Assembly (NCBI GenBank): GCA_951406725.2
Contig: OX597823.1
Span: 34,038,001-34,102,000 of the forward strand
Source: Octopus vulgaris
Lineage: Eukaryota
DNA: 64,000 nt
Direction of reading: 5' to 3'
The position numbers were made by a program, and so were the translations under genes. Of the stretch, positions 38,640-51,310 are shown one piece after another; position 1 is the stretch's first letter; each line of letters opens with the position of its first letter. A model generated the notes under the pieces. The model searched no databases. It had not been told where the DNA came from and was given only the letters and a program-made list of their open reading frames with translations.

Positions 38640-39170
38640 AATATGTCGTTTTAGCTGCACTCTGTTTAAGCAATCCCATACATAATTAAATGGAAGTTCC
38701 TTGACCAACTTTGGACATATATAAATTGGAACAAACAATGTAATTTTTGCTTGGCAGAGAGAGCAAGAATCCTAGAAAACCTTCCTCAACCTGGGGACCT
38801 TTTTAAACTCCAAGAAGGAAGTATTTAGCCAATGCCCTAATCTAAAATGTTTCCTTCTGCAAATTTAGAATTCCCCATTAATTGGAAAGGCATGCCACAG
38901 CTCCTTCGAATATCACCTCAGTCACAGTCAATATAAGGGATATATTTGTCCATGCAGTACTGCTGCATAGACTAATATTTTTTGTTTACAAAACTAACTG
39001 ACAATGAAGTATTTTTCATCCGGTTGGGGAGAAGTTATATACATTTGGCCATTTGAGTCTGATGATTTACCGATATTGTTAAGTGCTTTGTAGGTGTGAA
39101 ACCAATGGTCACTTTATCACCAGCCATAACATGTAATTTCCTAAAAAATATATTACTGCTCTAATGCTTT
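38640..39170 (+). mobile_element. 3' end of a Penelope-like element (endonuclease C-terminus plus pLTR)
   Basis: IKWKFLDQ..CNFCLAERARIL..(L)NSKKEVFSQCP..CFLL, followed by an HHR and the tail cctaaaaaatatattact shared with 58841-58870. Confidence 0.65.
39055..39114 (+). ncRNA. Type I hammerhead motif (stem II base decayed)
   Basis: GAGU CUGAUGA uuUACC..GGUGu GAAA CC AAU GG UC^ACUU. Confidence 0.7.
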
Positions 39171-39174
39171 AGAG

Positions 39175-39242
39175 TAGTGGTTCCCAACCCTTTCATTTAA
39201 ATGAGTTTTCCCACAGACCTCTTTTAATGTATTTATCCTTAT

Positions 39243-39281
<39 letters not shown>

Positions 39282-39339
39282 TTTGAAATTTAGTTTGCGG
39301 ACTACTAGGGCTCTGTGAACCCCAAGTTAGGAACTTCTG
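39175..39339. mobile_element. hAT/Charlie-type MITE
   Basis: TIRs tagtggttcccaac / gttaggaacttctg, with imperfect 8-bp TSD ctttagag / ttttagaa. Confidence 0.65.
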
Positions 39340-39377
39340 TTTTAGAATATTTGAACTACTGACAATATATATATACC

Positions 39378-39416
<39 letters not shown>

Positions 39417-39466
39417 CCAACACCAATTTTTGGATATTTGAACTACTGACGATATATATATATATA

Positions 39467-39921
39467 CTGTAAATCCTCGAGTATAATACGCATTTTTTCC
39501 CAAAATTTAAAGGTCAAAATCCCTAGTGCGTACTATATACGAGGTTAAAAATGAGAATTATTTTCTAAGCAGTGTCCGAGTCTCTATTTGTTGTCTGGCA
39601 ATGTTTATTCAGATGCATCTTGTGATGCCGAGCGCAAAAGTACCTTAAGCTAAGCCTGAAAGCAATGAAGTCATAAATGAATCATCCATAACTTGCAGTA
39701 AGCAACATTTATTAAACGTTATTACTGTTATTTCTTTATTTTCTGCAAACAAAATGCACAAAAAGACTACACATTTACATTATGTTATATGTACAATAAT
39801 AATAAAGGACATTACCATATACAGTTTTACAAACCAAGGACGTTATATAGACATCCTTGACTCAATTTAGAGAAGGGGTGTGTATTATACACAAGGGCAG
39901 ACTATACTCGAGGATTTACGG
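39467..39921. mobile_element. TA-flanked MITE (Tc1/mariner-pogo superfamily)
   Basis: TIRs ctgtaaatcctcgagtata / tatactcgaggatttacgg, inside a (TA)n tract. Confidence 0.8.
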
Positions 39922-39957
<36 letters not shown>

Positions 39958-39998
39958 TACATATATATAGATAGATATACATATATGTAGATACATAC

Positions 39999-40035
<37 letters not shown>

Positions 40036-40054
40036 CATACATACATACATATAT

Positions 40055-40112
<58 letters not shown>

Positions 40113-41471
40113 AGGGATGGCCATAAGTCGTTTTACACAAATTTCCAAATGATTTTAAAACAGAAACATGGTAACAATTACATCGTATCTTCAAATTAAA
40201 TCTTCTAACAGAATGACATTTGTGCTTTTTTTTTCCCCCCTTTACCGCTTTATCATCTTTAAGCTAGCTTTTCTTATGTCATTCTGTTCATGGTTGTTGC
40301 CGATATTGGCATGGCGTGACAATTAACTCTTCACCAACGAATTCTCATAGTAGAGCAGTGTAGTTGAAACATGATAAAAATTCAATGGCTACAACTGCAG
40401 CATCTGTGCAAGAATTTTCTGATGACATTCCTCCATCATGACAATCAATGCTTTGGCTAAGTTTCACAAGACTGGTTCCAACAAAAAAAGAAGTGAGCAC
40501 TTGAAGAATGTGAATACTGATGAAAATACAAAAAATGTTAGGACTTTCTCTCAGAATGTGCCATCAACATCTGCAGTTCATGCGAGTTTGCATTTGCATA
40601 TAACATGCACAAGTTTACGAAGAATAATGAAAGTCATTCAATTGAAAATTTGGCAGCCTCGTTTGTTCCATCAAATGAATGATGACAATTATGACAGATG
40701 TGTAGAATTTTGTGAATGGCTGCAGCAACAACTGCATGAGGACATTGATATCAGGGACAGAATAATTTGGGTTAGTGAAGCTTCATTTAAGTTGAATGGT
40801 CATGTTAATTTACCCAATGCTGTGTACCACTCCACTGAGAGCCCTCATCTGGTATGGGAGACCAACAACCTTTCCCAAGGAATTTCTGTGTGGGGAGGAA
40901 TTTGTTCAACCAGTGTATTGGATCCCTACATCTTTGATGGAATGGTCAATTCTCACCTATATCTTGACATACTGCATGATTTCACCATACCTCAGCTTGA
41001 CACAGACAATGACATCTGGATGCAGGATGGTGCTCCATCTTGTGGCAGAAATGTACACGACTTCTTGGATGACACTTTTGAGATGTGGATCGGCAGGAGA
41101 GGAACCATTGAATAGCCTCCATGATCACCAGACCTGAGTCCCAGTGATTACTCAATGTGGGGTATCCTGAAGGAATGCATCTACTCACAAGATGTTCAGA
41201 CAATACCTGAGTTAAGGGAAAGAATTATTGCAGAATTTGTAACCCTAGACAATGATAAGGACTTGTGTTGGCAAATCTGCCACTCCATCCAGAGAAGAAT
41301 CCAGTTGTGTATTGATTCTAAAGGACAACACTTTGAAGATACGATATAAGAGTTATCTTGTTTTTGTCTTGAAATTTTAATTGTATGATGACTAAATAAA
41401 AGTTACATCATTTGGAAGAAAATTGTGTTTATTATTATTAGAACTGGGTAAAGCAACTTATGGCCATCCCT
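40113..41471 (+). mobile_element. Tc1/mariner-superfamily transposon, probably DD41D (rosa/Visitor-like), inactivated
   Basis: TIRs agggatggccataagt / acttatggccatccct. Transposase remnants WVSEASFKLNGHVN..WMQDGAP..WIGRRGTIE*PP*SPDLSPSDYSMWG. D-D spacing is 39 here, with apparent small deletions and in-frame stops. Confidence 0.85.
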
Positions 41472-41683
41472 CTCTCTATATATAATGTATGTATTTATGT
41501 ATGTATGTGTGTATGTATGTATGTATATAATGTATGTATTGTATGTATGTATGTATAAACATGCACATACATGTGTCCTTATTTCTGTGTGTATATCTAT
41601 GGAAAAAAGGATGTTAAATGATGTTGATTATATATACACACACACATGTACATACATATATACACCCATATACATATTAATTT

Positions 41684-41718
<35 letters not shown>

Positions 41719-42054
41719 AGTAAAACCACATTAGTTGAAGCCTCACTTTATGCTACACTGAAATAGACAATCACATTCATTTTTATGAAGAGAAAATTGA
41801 CATTGGCTTCAAAGTTTCAGTTGTTTTGCTTTCATCAATTTGATGAACACAACTGAGCAAAAAATCCAAAGCCTCTGTTGCACATGTGTGTATGTATGTG
41901 CATGCACATGCATGTATATGCATGCATATACATGTGTGCATGTGTGTGAGTCAGATGAGAAAGAAAATCTTGCTGCATTTCAGGATGGAAAAGAAACAAA
42001 TACTTCTATGGTTTTAACTGAGATATTTAATCAAGATAATACTTTCCTTCATTG

Positions 42055-43162
42055 TTAATAATCCTATCTATCTAGCAAGTTTTTAATCCCTTTGGCATAA
42101 AATACTTCAGGTTTCAAAGCAAAAAATGCTCAATATCTCTTCACAATTAATAAAATGTTTTCCTTCTGAATAATGGTACTGTGATCTGAAACCATGATGT
42201 TCAGATGGTGCAACGTCAGGCAAGTAAGCAAGATGACTTAAAACGTTCATATTCCATAATATAAATGCAACATCACTTTACAAATGACCTGTGATGAGCA
42301 CTTTTTCTGCAAAGTGTTGTGCAATTCTTCCAATTGATAACAATATTCCAAATTAACTGCTTGTTTTGGTTTAGCAATTTATGGTATCCAATATGCTTCA
42401 TCTTCCAACAAACACTGAACATAACGTTTTTTCAAATGCTGTCCTGGCTTCAGGATAGACTCTCCCTTTCTCACTGGGTGCTATTCATTGTTGTTTTCAT
42501 AGGAGATGATTATAGAGAACACATTATCTTCTATCACTCATGATGACTCTATCCAGAAAAGTTTCTGTTGTAAGTCTACTCTTCAATGAGGAGCACCGAA
42601 CAAATCTTTGATTAGACTGTGAAGCAGTCAGGTGATGAGGAACTCAGTGACCAAATTTGAACATTTTTCCTAGTTTGTGTGGCCAAAATGTGACTTGAAT
42701 TGAACTGTTCTGTTAACCCCTGTGCAGTTTGCTTTGGATTTTCCTCGACTACAATTTTCAGACGCTCCATAACAATAGATCTTGATCATCCAGATGGAGG
42801 GAAATCTACAAAAAAAAACTTTCCCAAACGAATTTGGGGAACCACCATCAGCATGTGTAGACACTTAAAACTTTGTTTCTATAGACAGAACAAATACTTC
42901 TTGCTGCTTCCTTTGCTGAAGAGCCCCTACTGAATTCATACAGCATGCAGTATTTGATATGGGTCTAATCTGAACTCATTTTAAAAGGGTAAAATCAATA
43001 CAAATTTAGCCATTTTGGTATAAAATAATCTGCAAAGAAGGCAAAAAAACAAAAAACAAACAAACATTAGAATGTCAAAGTTGATGCATATTCTGCTGTA
43101 AGTATTGGAAAAGTATCTTCCAAGTGATTGTCAAAAATGCTGCAGAACTTTCTTATCAACCA
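42055..43162 (-). mobile_element. Decayed mariner transposon
   Basis: Minus-strand AYLPDVAPSEHHGFRS (PYSPDLAPSDYHLFRS), KVML and WVPH-like remnants; boundaries approximate. Confidence 0.65.
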
Positions 43163-43878
43163 AATGTGTGTGTGTGTGTGTATTCTCGTATGTATGTGTG
43201 TATATCTACATATATATGTATATATATGTATGTGTATATATATATATATATATTTAATCTCATGCTGCCTTTTAAAAATCAATATTTAAAATCAATAATT
43301 ATTGATTATCAATAGACTTTATTCTACTACTACTACTACTAATACTACTGCTGCTGCTGCTGCTTCTGACTTCACTTTCACTATGAACAGATTTGTGTAA
43401 ACAATTTTAAAATCTATAAACAACTATAACCAAAATTAAAAGTAAAAGTAAAAAAACAGAAAGGGACTTCTTGATAGAAAATGAAATATTATTCACCTCT
43501 CAAAGACAAGGTAAACTTTGTTCACCATTCCACTACAAGTAGATCATTATCTTTAAAATGAAGCTAAGCATAAGAAATGTTCATCTGCCAACCAAAATGT
43601 TACCTGAATAAATCACATCATTTATATAAAATTTGCTTGGTTACATAACCCGGACATAGTTTAGTGAATTATTCTTAATAATTGAGTTCACATCCTATCT
43701 TGAAATTTTAAAAACCTGAAATTTAAAAAACCTGAATTGACCCTCAATGAATATGTTACATTATTGCTTTAGATGAGTGCTTTTCATACTCTTTTTTGAA
43801 ATCTGCCAGTTTTCTTTTATTAAAATATTTCCAATACTGCTCCTGATATGATTCAACAAAATTAAATTAAAAAAAACT

Positions 43879-44241
43879 CAGTTCTGTATTTAAGATATGA
43901 GGAATTATGTACATTATTTACATTTGACGGATATTTGTCCTCATCTCGTTTGTTGTTAACACAACATTTCGGCTGATATACCCTCCAGCCTTTATCAGGT
44001 GTCTTGGGGAAATTTTGAACCTGGGTTCTCATTCCTAAACAACAAGATCTAAAAATAACATCGAAAAATACCTTAGGAATGAGAACCCAGATTCGAAATT
44101 TCCCCAAGACACCTGATGAAGGCTGGAGTGTATATCAGCCGAAACGTTGTGTTAACAACAAACAAGATGAGGACGAATATCCGTCAAGTGTAAATAATGT
44201 AAATAATGTACATAATTCCTCATCTCTTAAATATAGAACTG
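43879..44241. mobile_element. Fold-back mini-element with ~160-bp arms, one hammerhead per arm
   Basis: 43879-44038 is the reverse complement of 44073-44241 with few mismatches; the spacer is 34 nt. Confidence 0.88.
44108..44153 (+). ncRNA. Minimal type I hammerhead ribozyme, intact core
   Basis: GACAC CUGAUGA A GGCUG-GAGUGUAUAU-CAGCC GAAA CG UU^GUGUU, with palindromic stem III. The mirror copy at 43958-44003(-) has CUGAUAA and GAAAUGUU changes. Confidence 0.85.
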
Positions 44242-47200
44242 CATTTGATAAATAGATAGACAGATAGGCATGTCTGTTAGGCAAGGAACCTTGCCAAAGC
44301 AGGCACTGGAGCACAACACAGTCCTCTGACCTTGCAGATTTTGTCAAAAACATCTGATTCATGCCAGCATCAATGACAGATTTTAAAAGACGATGATGAT
44401 AATGATGACAATACTCATTCTTGCACAATTTAGCCCATAATTCCTATTTATGCACATAACCATCAGCACCATTTGTGTGTGTGTATGAGTGTCCATCTCT
44501 GTCCTCTCTAAAGTAAAAACCCTACAAACACCAACTTAGATTCTCTCCATTATTTACACCAATTCTTCTTTCCACACATATATGGACTCAACTAGTTCCT
44601 TCACCACATGGACTCATTCCAGAATTCCAATAGTAAAAATATGCATCTTCACTTTTGTCACATTCCTCATCTATGAAGGATTTCAATAGACTTTGAATAC
44701 AATATTGCCTGGTATATCTTATTATTTACTAAGCCATGCACCCACAATATCAAGCCAAACCAGCTTTGCTTATCTCAAAATTGAGATTCACTTCTCTCAA
44801 CTTAATCTACTTAACAAACATTCTGAACTCATTTCTTATTGCTAACACAGAACTTTCAGTACACAGAAATGCTAACCCAACCCCCAACTCCACCCCACCC
44901 TGGCTTCCCTACACCCTCCTCCTTACACCCTACCAGTGAAAACCCACATACCATCAGCACTGGTTTCACTGCTCCTTCTTCCTTATTTTATTTAGAAAAA
45001 TACCATTAGGATTATAGTTTTGATATAAGCAATTGTTTTAGTTTAGTTTCATCTTATGTATCTCTCTAATACATCATTGATGTATGTTATTCCATTAATC
45101 CGCATGTCTCCTTAAAACTTCTTTCTGTATATGATTGCAACTTAGTACATTTGTATCAACTGCTGCATTTCATCAATGCATATGCAGTTGCATACCTGTA
45201 TATCGATGTATGCATCTATGCATTGTATATGCTTGCGTGTGTAATTTGTGTGTATGTATAACATTATTTGCATGTGTTCACAAGCCATCATCATTGCATA
45301 CGTCTACACATTGCATATATGCTTGTGTATAAGCATGTGTCATAATCACCATAAACTTCATCATCATCATCATCATCGTCATCATAATCATCATCATCAT
45401 CATTGCCATCGCTGTCATCATCATCATCATTTAATGCTGTTTGCATGGGCCAGACAGAATTCATTGAGACAAATTTTCCTATGGTCAGATGTCCTTCCTG
45501 TTGCCAACCCTCACCTGTTTCCATGCAAGGTGATATTTCTTTGTGAATGGATATGTTTTCCATGGATGATTGGAATTGAAGGACACTCACTTACAACTAA
45601 CATGCAATGTCAACATGAAGAGGTACATGTGCACACACACACACACACACACACCCACACACAAAAGCACATATATTACAGGCTTCTTTTAGTTTCCATC
45701 TGCCAAACCTACTCACAAGGCTTTGATGGACGATACTTGCCCACGGTGCTGCACAATGGAACTGAACACAAAACCTTGTGGTTTGGAAGCAAGATTCTTA
45801 ACCACACAGCCTTGCCTGCATTGAGAAGTTTCCTTTCTGTCTGAGTATAAAGTTGTATTCATGTGTTTAGAGGCCGTCTTCGTCATGTACATCTTTACCC
45901 TGTGTACATGTTCATGCATAACCATGTAAAATCACATGCATATGGTGGGTGCAAAGATAACTGATGGGTTAAGAAATTGGAATGGAAACAGTTTACTCCC
46001 TGCACATTCTATTATGCTCCACCCACTCCTCCATGTTTCTAACAAAAGAATCCCAGGCCCATGTGGTCGCATCTTCTATGAGTTCCTTTAGGGCCTCGGA
46101 GAAAACCATTGACTAACGGGTATGCCCAGGACATGCAGCGTTGAGGAATCGATCTCTCCAGTCAGAACAAGAAGATCTATCCTTGACATGCGGATGGGAG
46201 TCAGCTGCGGACAGCCCTGACCCTTGAAGACTCTTGCGAGTAGGGGAGGTACTTGGCTACTCCAGTAAGAAGAGAAAGGAGAAGAAGGGGTAGAGTTAGA
46301 GGGAAAGAGAGACAGAGAGCTGATAGAACAGTAGTGGGGGATATAAGTAGTGCAGAGAGGATAGAGGGGTATGTTATATACAAGTGTGAGAGGAGGTGCT
46401 TAGAGATGGGGAAGAAGTGACTGTAGTAGGTAGTGGTGGGGTAGACATGTAAGGACATGGAGAGTGTGCAGATAGGCATGTGAGGGATAATGGAAGGTCC
46501 TGCAGAGAGTAGTGGTCATGAGTGGTGGGATGGTGGGGTATTGGGAACATGAGTAGTGGGGACATTTTGACAGATGGCAGATTGTGTGTGTGTGAGAGAG
46601 AGAGAGAAGGGCATGGCCATAAAGTATGTGCTTGTATGTATAGTCAACCACTATTTTACATAGTTTAGCATTGTCTTCCTCCCAATCAAAGCAATCACCA
46701 GAAGTCTTTGATTCCTTGTCTTCTTCTCTGCGAGGCCCAGCATCTGAAAATCATTTCTCACCACTTTGTTCCATATATTCCTGAGTATACCCCTTCCACA
46801 GATTCCCCCCACATTTACAGATCAGCACTTCTTTATGCAGCTACCCTCATCCAGACACGTCCCGTCTTCTTTCTGATGCCTCTTATACACAGTTTTTCTC
46901 TTAAAACACGCTTGCACTTTGATGTTACACATTCAGCAGTGCATGGTGACATCAGTGGATGTGCAATAAATATATTATTTAAAGTAGCAAGCTGGCAGAA
47001 TTATTAGCACACCAGTCGAAATGCTTAGCAGTATTTCGTTTGCTGTTATGTTCTGAGTTCGAATTCTGCTGAGTTGGACTTTGCCTTTCATCCTTTCAGA
47101 GTCGATTAAATAAGTACCAGTTACACACATGTATGTGTGTGCATGTATGGATGCGTGTGTGTGTTTGCATGTGTGTGTGTGTGTGCATGCATGTGTTTGT

Positions 47201-47376
47201 ATGTTTCTATTTATTTACATGTATCAAAACCTAAATAAAATAAAACTGCAGATTTATTTTTGAAATTTTTGTATTTTATATTTTTTCATATTTTTATTGT
47301 TTCTGTTTTTTTCTATTTTGTTTCTATCTTCCAAATTCTATTGCTTTTTCCTATTTTTTTTTTTTTCTTCTTTTAG

Positions 47377-47575
47377 GCCACTCGTATTTTTAGGTTTAAA
47401 AATACTATTGCGATTCGGAGCCTGTGAAGTACTTAACGTCAGTGAAACGTGTCTCATGAACTGGTTACAGACAATTGAGTCCAAATATCATGCTTCCAAT
47501 TATTACCATAACTCTACTCATGCTACTGATGTTCTTCATGCAGCAGCCTTCTTCTTGGAGCAACTAAAATACAAA
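47377..47575 (+). CDS. PDE8: PDE8-like coding exon (catalytic domain, YHNxxH motif)
   Basis: Long polypyrimidine tract, ttttag|G CCA...AAA|gtaagg; 199 nt, phase 2/0. Encodes [66 protein letters not shown]. Confidence 0.95.
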
Positions 47576-49253
47576 GTAAGGCCGTCCTGTTTCCTCAACA
47601 CTCTCTTCTGGTTGACCATTTCTTTGTCTTTCTTGTCCATGTCATTCCTCATCACCATCGCCACCACCATTGTTATTGCTTCATGTTTGCATAAACTGTT
47701 CTCAATTGGAACCTCACCTGTTTTTGAGCGACACAATATTCTCACCTGGCCAGACATGTTTTTATAGAAGACTGGAAATGAATGACACCACTTACATGAA
47801 GTTGACACTCATTTACAACTTCCACACACTGTCAAGACAAGGAGACACAAACACACATATATGCACCTCTACACACACACACACACATTCATATATGTAT
47901 GTGTGTATATTATACAACAGGCTTCTATCAGTTCCTGTGTACCAAATCTATTCAAAAGGCATTGGTACACATACATACAAATATGTACATATATATGTAT
48001 GTGTGTATGTAGAGAAGATGCTTGCCCAAGGTACCACACAGTGGGACTGAACTGAAAGACCATGTGATTGGGAAGCAAACTTCTTAACTGCACAAATAAA
48101 ACCAGTCATAGAACAAATACTAATACATCACAAATTAGATTATCATTTAGAGAAGGGATTATATAATTATGTATCTTTCTATCTTTTAGCAGAGAGGTAT
48201 CATACCAAACTGACCTTACCTGTGATGGTGCCACGTAAAAAGCACTGAGTCAACTCTGTGGAGCAGTTGATGTTAGGAAGGGCATCCAGCCATAAAAACC
48301 TTGCCAAAACAGACATAATAGCCTGCGGGTAGTCTTTTACATGGGTGCCTCCTGTCAACCATCCTACCCACGCATGCATGGAAGATGGGTGTTGAACGGT
48401 GACGAGGACAATAATAACTCTTCATCTTTTAGTGTAGAGTGAATGTATTACAGATGTAGAAAGTCATTGAAATGAAATATTTCATATTCCTGAGTAAATT
48501 TTTATTTTAATATCAATAAAAAAAAATGGTTATATTTATCATATAGGCTTTGCATTCACAGAGTTTCAGGTTCAATTCCACTGCACAACCACTTGGGTAC
48601 GTATCTTCTACTTTAGCCCTGGCTGGTCACTATTTTATCAGTGAATTTGATAGGTGGAAACTGTTTGGAAGCTTGTGCTATCTATCACTCTGTCTACACA
48701 CACACATACACATATACATAAATATGTATGCATGTATATACACACACACATGCTTATATATACACACACACATTCACATAACAGGCTTCTTTCAGTTTTT
48801 ACCCACCAAATCCATTCACACAGTTTTGGTCAGCCTGAGGCTTTAACAGAAAGCACTTGCCAGAGGTGCCATGTAGTGGGACTGAACACAGACACATGTG
48901 GATAGGAAGCAAACTTCTAAACCACACAGCCAGGCTTGTTAATATTGTTCCATTTTCTGTCAGATTGAAAGCTTCTGATCTGTGATCCCAAGCACCTCTT
49001 TGTTCTTGGTCCAAATTCTAAAGAAATCATTGTTGTGTCTGAAACATAGAAGATAATAAAATGGTGCTTCCATTCAGTTTTCATGTTATAATGTCCTGAA
49101 AATATCTCAATAAATAGTTGAAACAACACAATGAAATGGTCAAAATCCTGCTTATTAAGATTTCATACTTTTATTGTTATCTGACATTTGATTAAGATGT
49201 ATTAAACTGATTCTTCAGGATTTGTACAGAATTTCTTTCTTTTGTGATTCCAG

Positions 49254-49384
49254 GCTATCTTTGATCATATGGATGAAATCTCCTGCCTCATTTCCGCCAT
49301 AATCCACGATGTTGACCATCCTGGACGAACAAATGCATTCTTGATTAATGCTCGCAATGAACTGGCATTGCTTTACAATGATTT
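49254..49384 (+). CDS. PDE8: PDE8-like coding exon (catalytic HD motif)
   Basis: ttccag|GCT...TT|gtaagt; 131 nt, phase 0/2. Encodes [43 protein letters not shown], with the class I PDE signature HDxDHPGxxN. Confidence 0.96.
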
Positions 49385-50789
49385 GTAAGTCTGTGCAACC
49401 AAGCACAACCATTTATATACATTTATTATCATCATCATCATCTGCTTCATAATTTAATGTCCATATATTATACACATTCAAATTAGGTCAATATTTATCA
49501 GTCATTGCACTAAACAATCTTAGTTTATTTCACAGAGATTATCTGTATTTGTTACTGACACAAACAATCGCTAATTTCCTTGGACATCAGATTTTTTTTA
49601 TTTTCATTTTCCTCATACATCATCATCAAACATAGAAACCTAAATCACATCCTTTGACAGTCATTGATATCCATGGCAATCTATGTCAATTCATGTTCTT
49701 CTGATAATGTAAATTTTCCATTCACTTACACAAACACACATACATACACAGGATCATCAACATTTAACACCCACATTCCATGCTGGCATGGGGTAGATGA
49801 CTAGACTGGATCTGATGCAATGACTGTACCCTGTTTCAATGCCTTCTTTGGCATGGTTTCTAAGACCGAGTACCTTTCCTAATGCTGACCACTTTACAGC
49901 ATATGCCAGGTGCCTTTTTCTTTTTTTTGGCAACCCTTATGCACGTGGTCACCAAGTAACTAACAAAACAGAAAACACCCCCCTCCACTCAGTGAGAGTT
50001 TAGTAGAGAGGAGGGGGCTTTATGCTTGGAGTTCGGATTCTAAAAAAATGATAGAAGGTCAGAAACAGCTTTGTGGGGAGATACACAGCTACCTGACATT
50101 ACATAAGGGTGGGTGGGAATAGCTGGAAAGAGATAAAATGTTGGTGACAAGGTGTCAGGGTGTTGCCTCAAGATACAAGGGGATAGAAAGGAGAATAGAG
50201 ACAGAGTATTGGGAAGGGATGGAAGGGTAGGTTCACAAGGGTGTGAAAGGAGCATAAAAGATGGTTAGAGGTTGGGGCACATTAACAAGATGGACAACAT
50301 TGAAAACAGTGTAGACAGATGCTTATGATAACATCAGACTTAGACTTTGAAGGACTCAGAAACACAAACCAGTCAGGAAAAGTAAACTATGGAAGCTAAA
50401 AGATCTCCTGAACAGTCAGAAATTATGAGAAGTTGAAAAATTTGATGAGAAGAGTGGGGAGATAGAGATGTATTGCATGGGTGGGGGCTCCACTGGAAGC
50501 TTTTGCAGGACAACTTGCTAAGGGTTCCTAGCCAAATCTGTGGCTAATGCAAATTTCCGACCAAACTGGGGATGCTGTGATGGTGAAGCCAGGAAGTAGT
50601 CAGAGCTGTAAAAGTGAAGAGACTAGCTTGCAAAAGTTGGAAGAATAGGGGCAGCAGAAAATTATGACAGGCGACCAGAAGAGAAGCTGGGCAACAGGTT
50701 TACTTAGCAAAGAGAGAAGCAAAAAGTAAGAGGTTTACCAATGTTTTTCAGCATGTAGATGCAAAATGTGAGGAGTTCCAAATTTCAAG

Positions 50790-51310
50790 AAAATATATCA
50801 AAGAGAATTAAGTAGGGGTGAGAAGTGTGTATGGATAGAAAATGGTATACTTTCACTTCATAACTCTGAAAAGTTCCCCCCTCAGAGTAAAAGGCAGATT
50901 GTATGATGGTTGTATATGAACTGCACCAGTATATGGTAGTAAGACATGGGCACTAAATGCAGAAGACTTGGAAAGACTAAACAGAAGTGAAACAAGCATG
51001 TTCTACTGGATGTACTATATAAATGTGTATGTATGACAAAGTGCATATTTGTTGAGAGAAAATTTGGGTCTAAAAAGGATCAGATGTGTGCAAGAAAGAA
51101 GACTGCTCTCGTATGGAGATTGTTATGGTTAGGGTTGAAGTCAGCAGTATAAAGAAATTTCAAAAGCTTAATGTGGATGGAGCTTATGGAAGACAGAAAC
51201 TTAGGAAGACCTGGGATCAAGCAGTGAAGGGAGACCTTCAGACTTTGAGCCACAAGATAATGATGGAAAAACCTAGATAATTTGGTGATATATGGTGCTT
51301 TAGAAAACCC
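50790..51310 (+). mobile_element. RTE-type LINE 3' remnant
   Basis: KGRLYDGCI*TAPVYGSKTWAL..; VDGAYGRQKLRKTWDQAVKGDL. A similar fragment lies on the minus strand at ~53525-53705. Confidence 0.65.

Noticed and set aside
47297-47767. 156-aa ORF as a single-exon gene
   Set aside because: Only 47377-47575 is PDE-like; the flanks are polypyrimidine tract and intron read-through.
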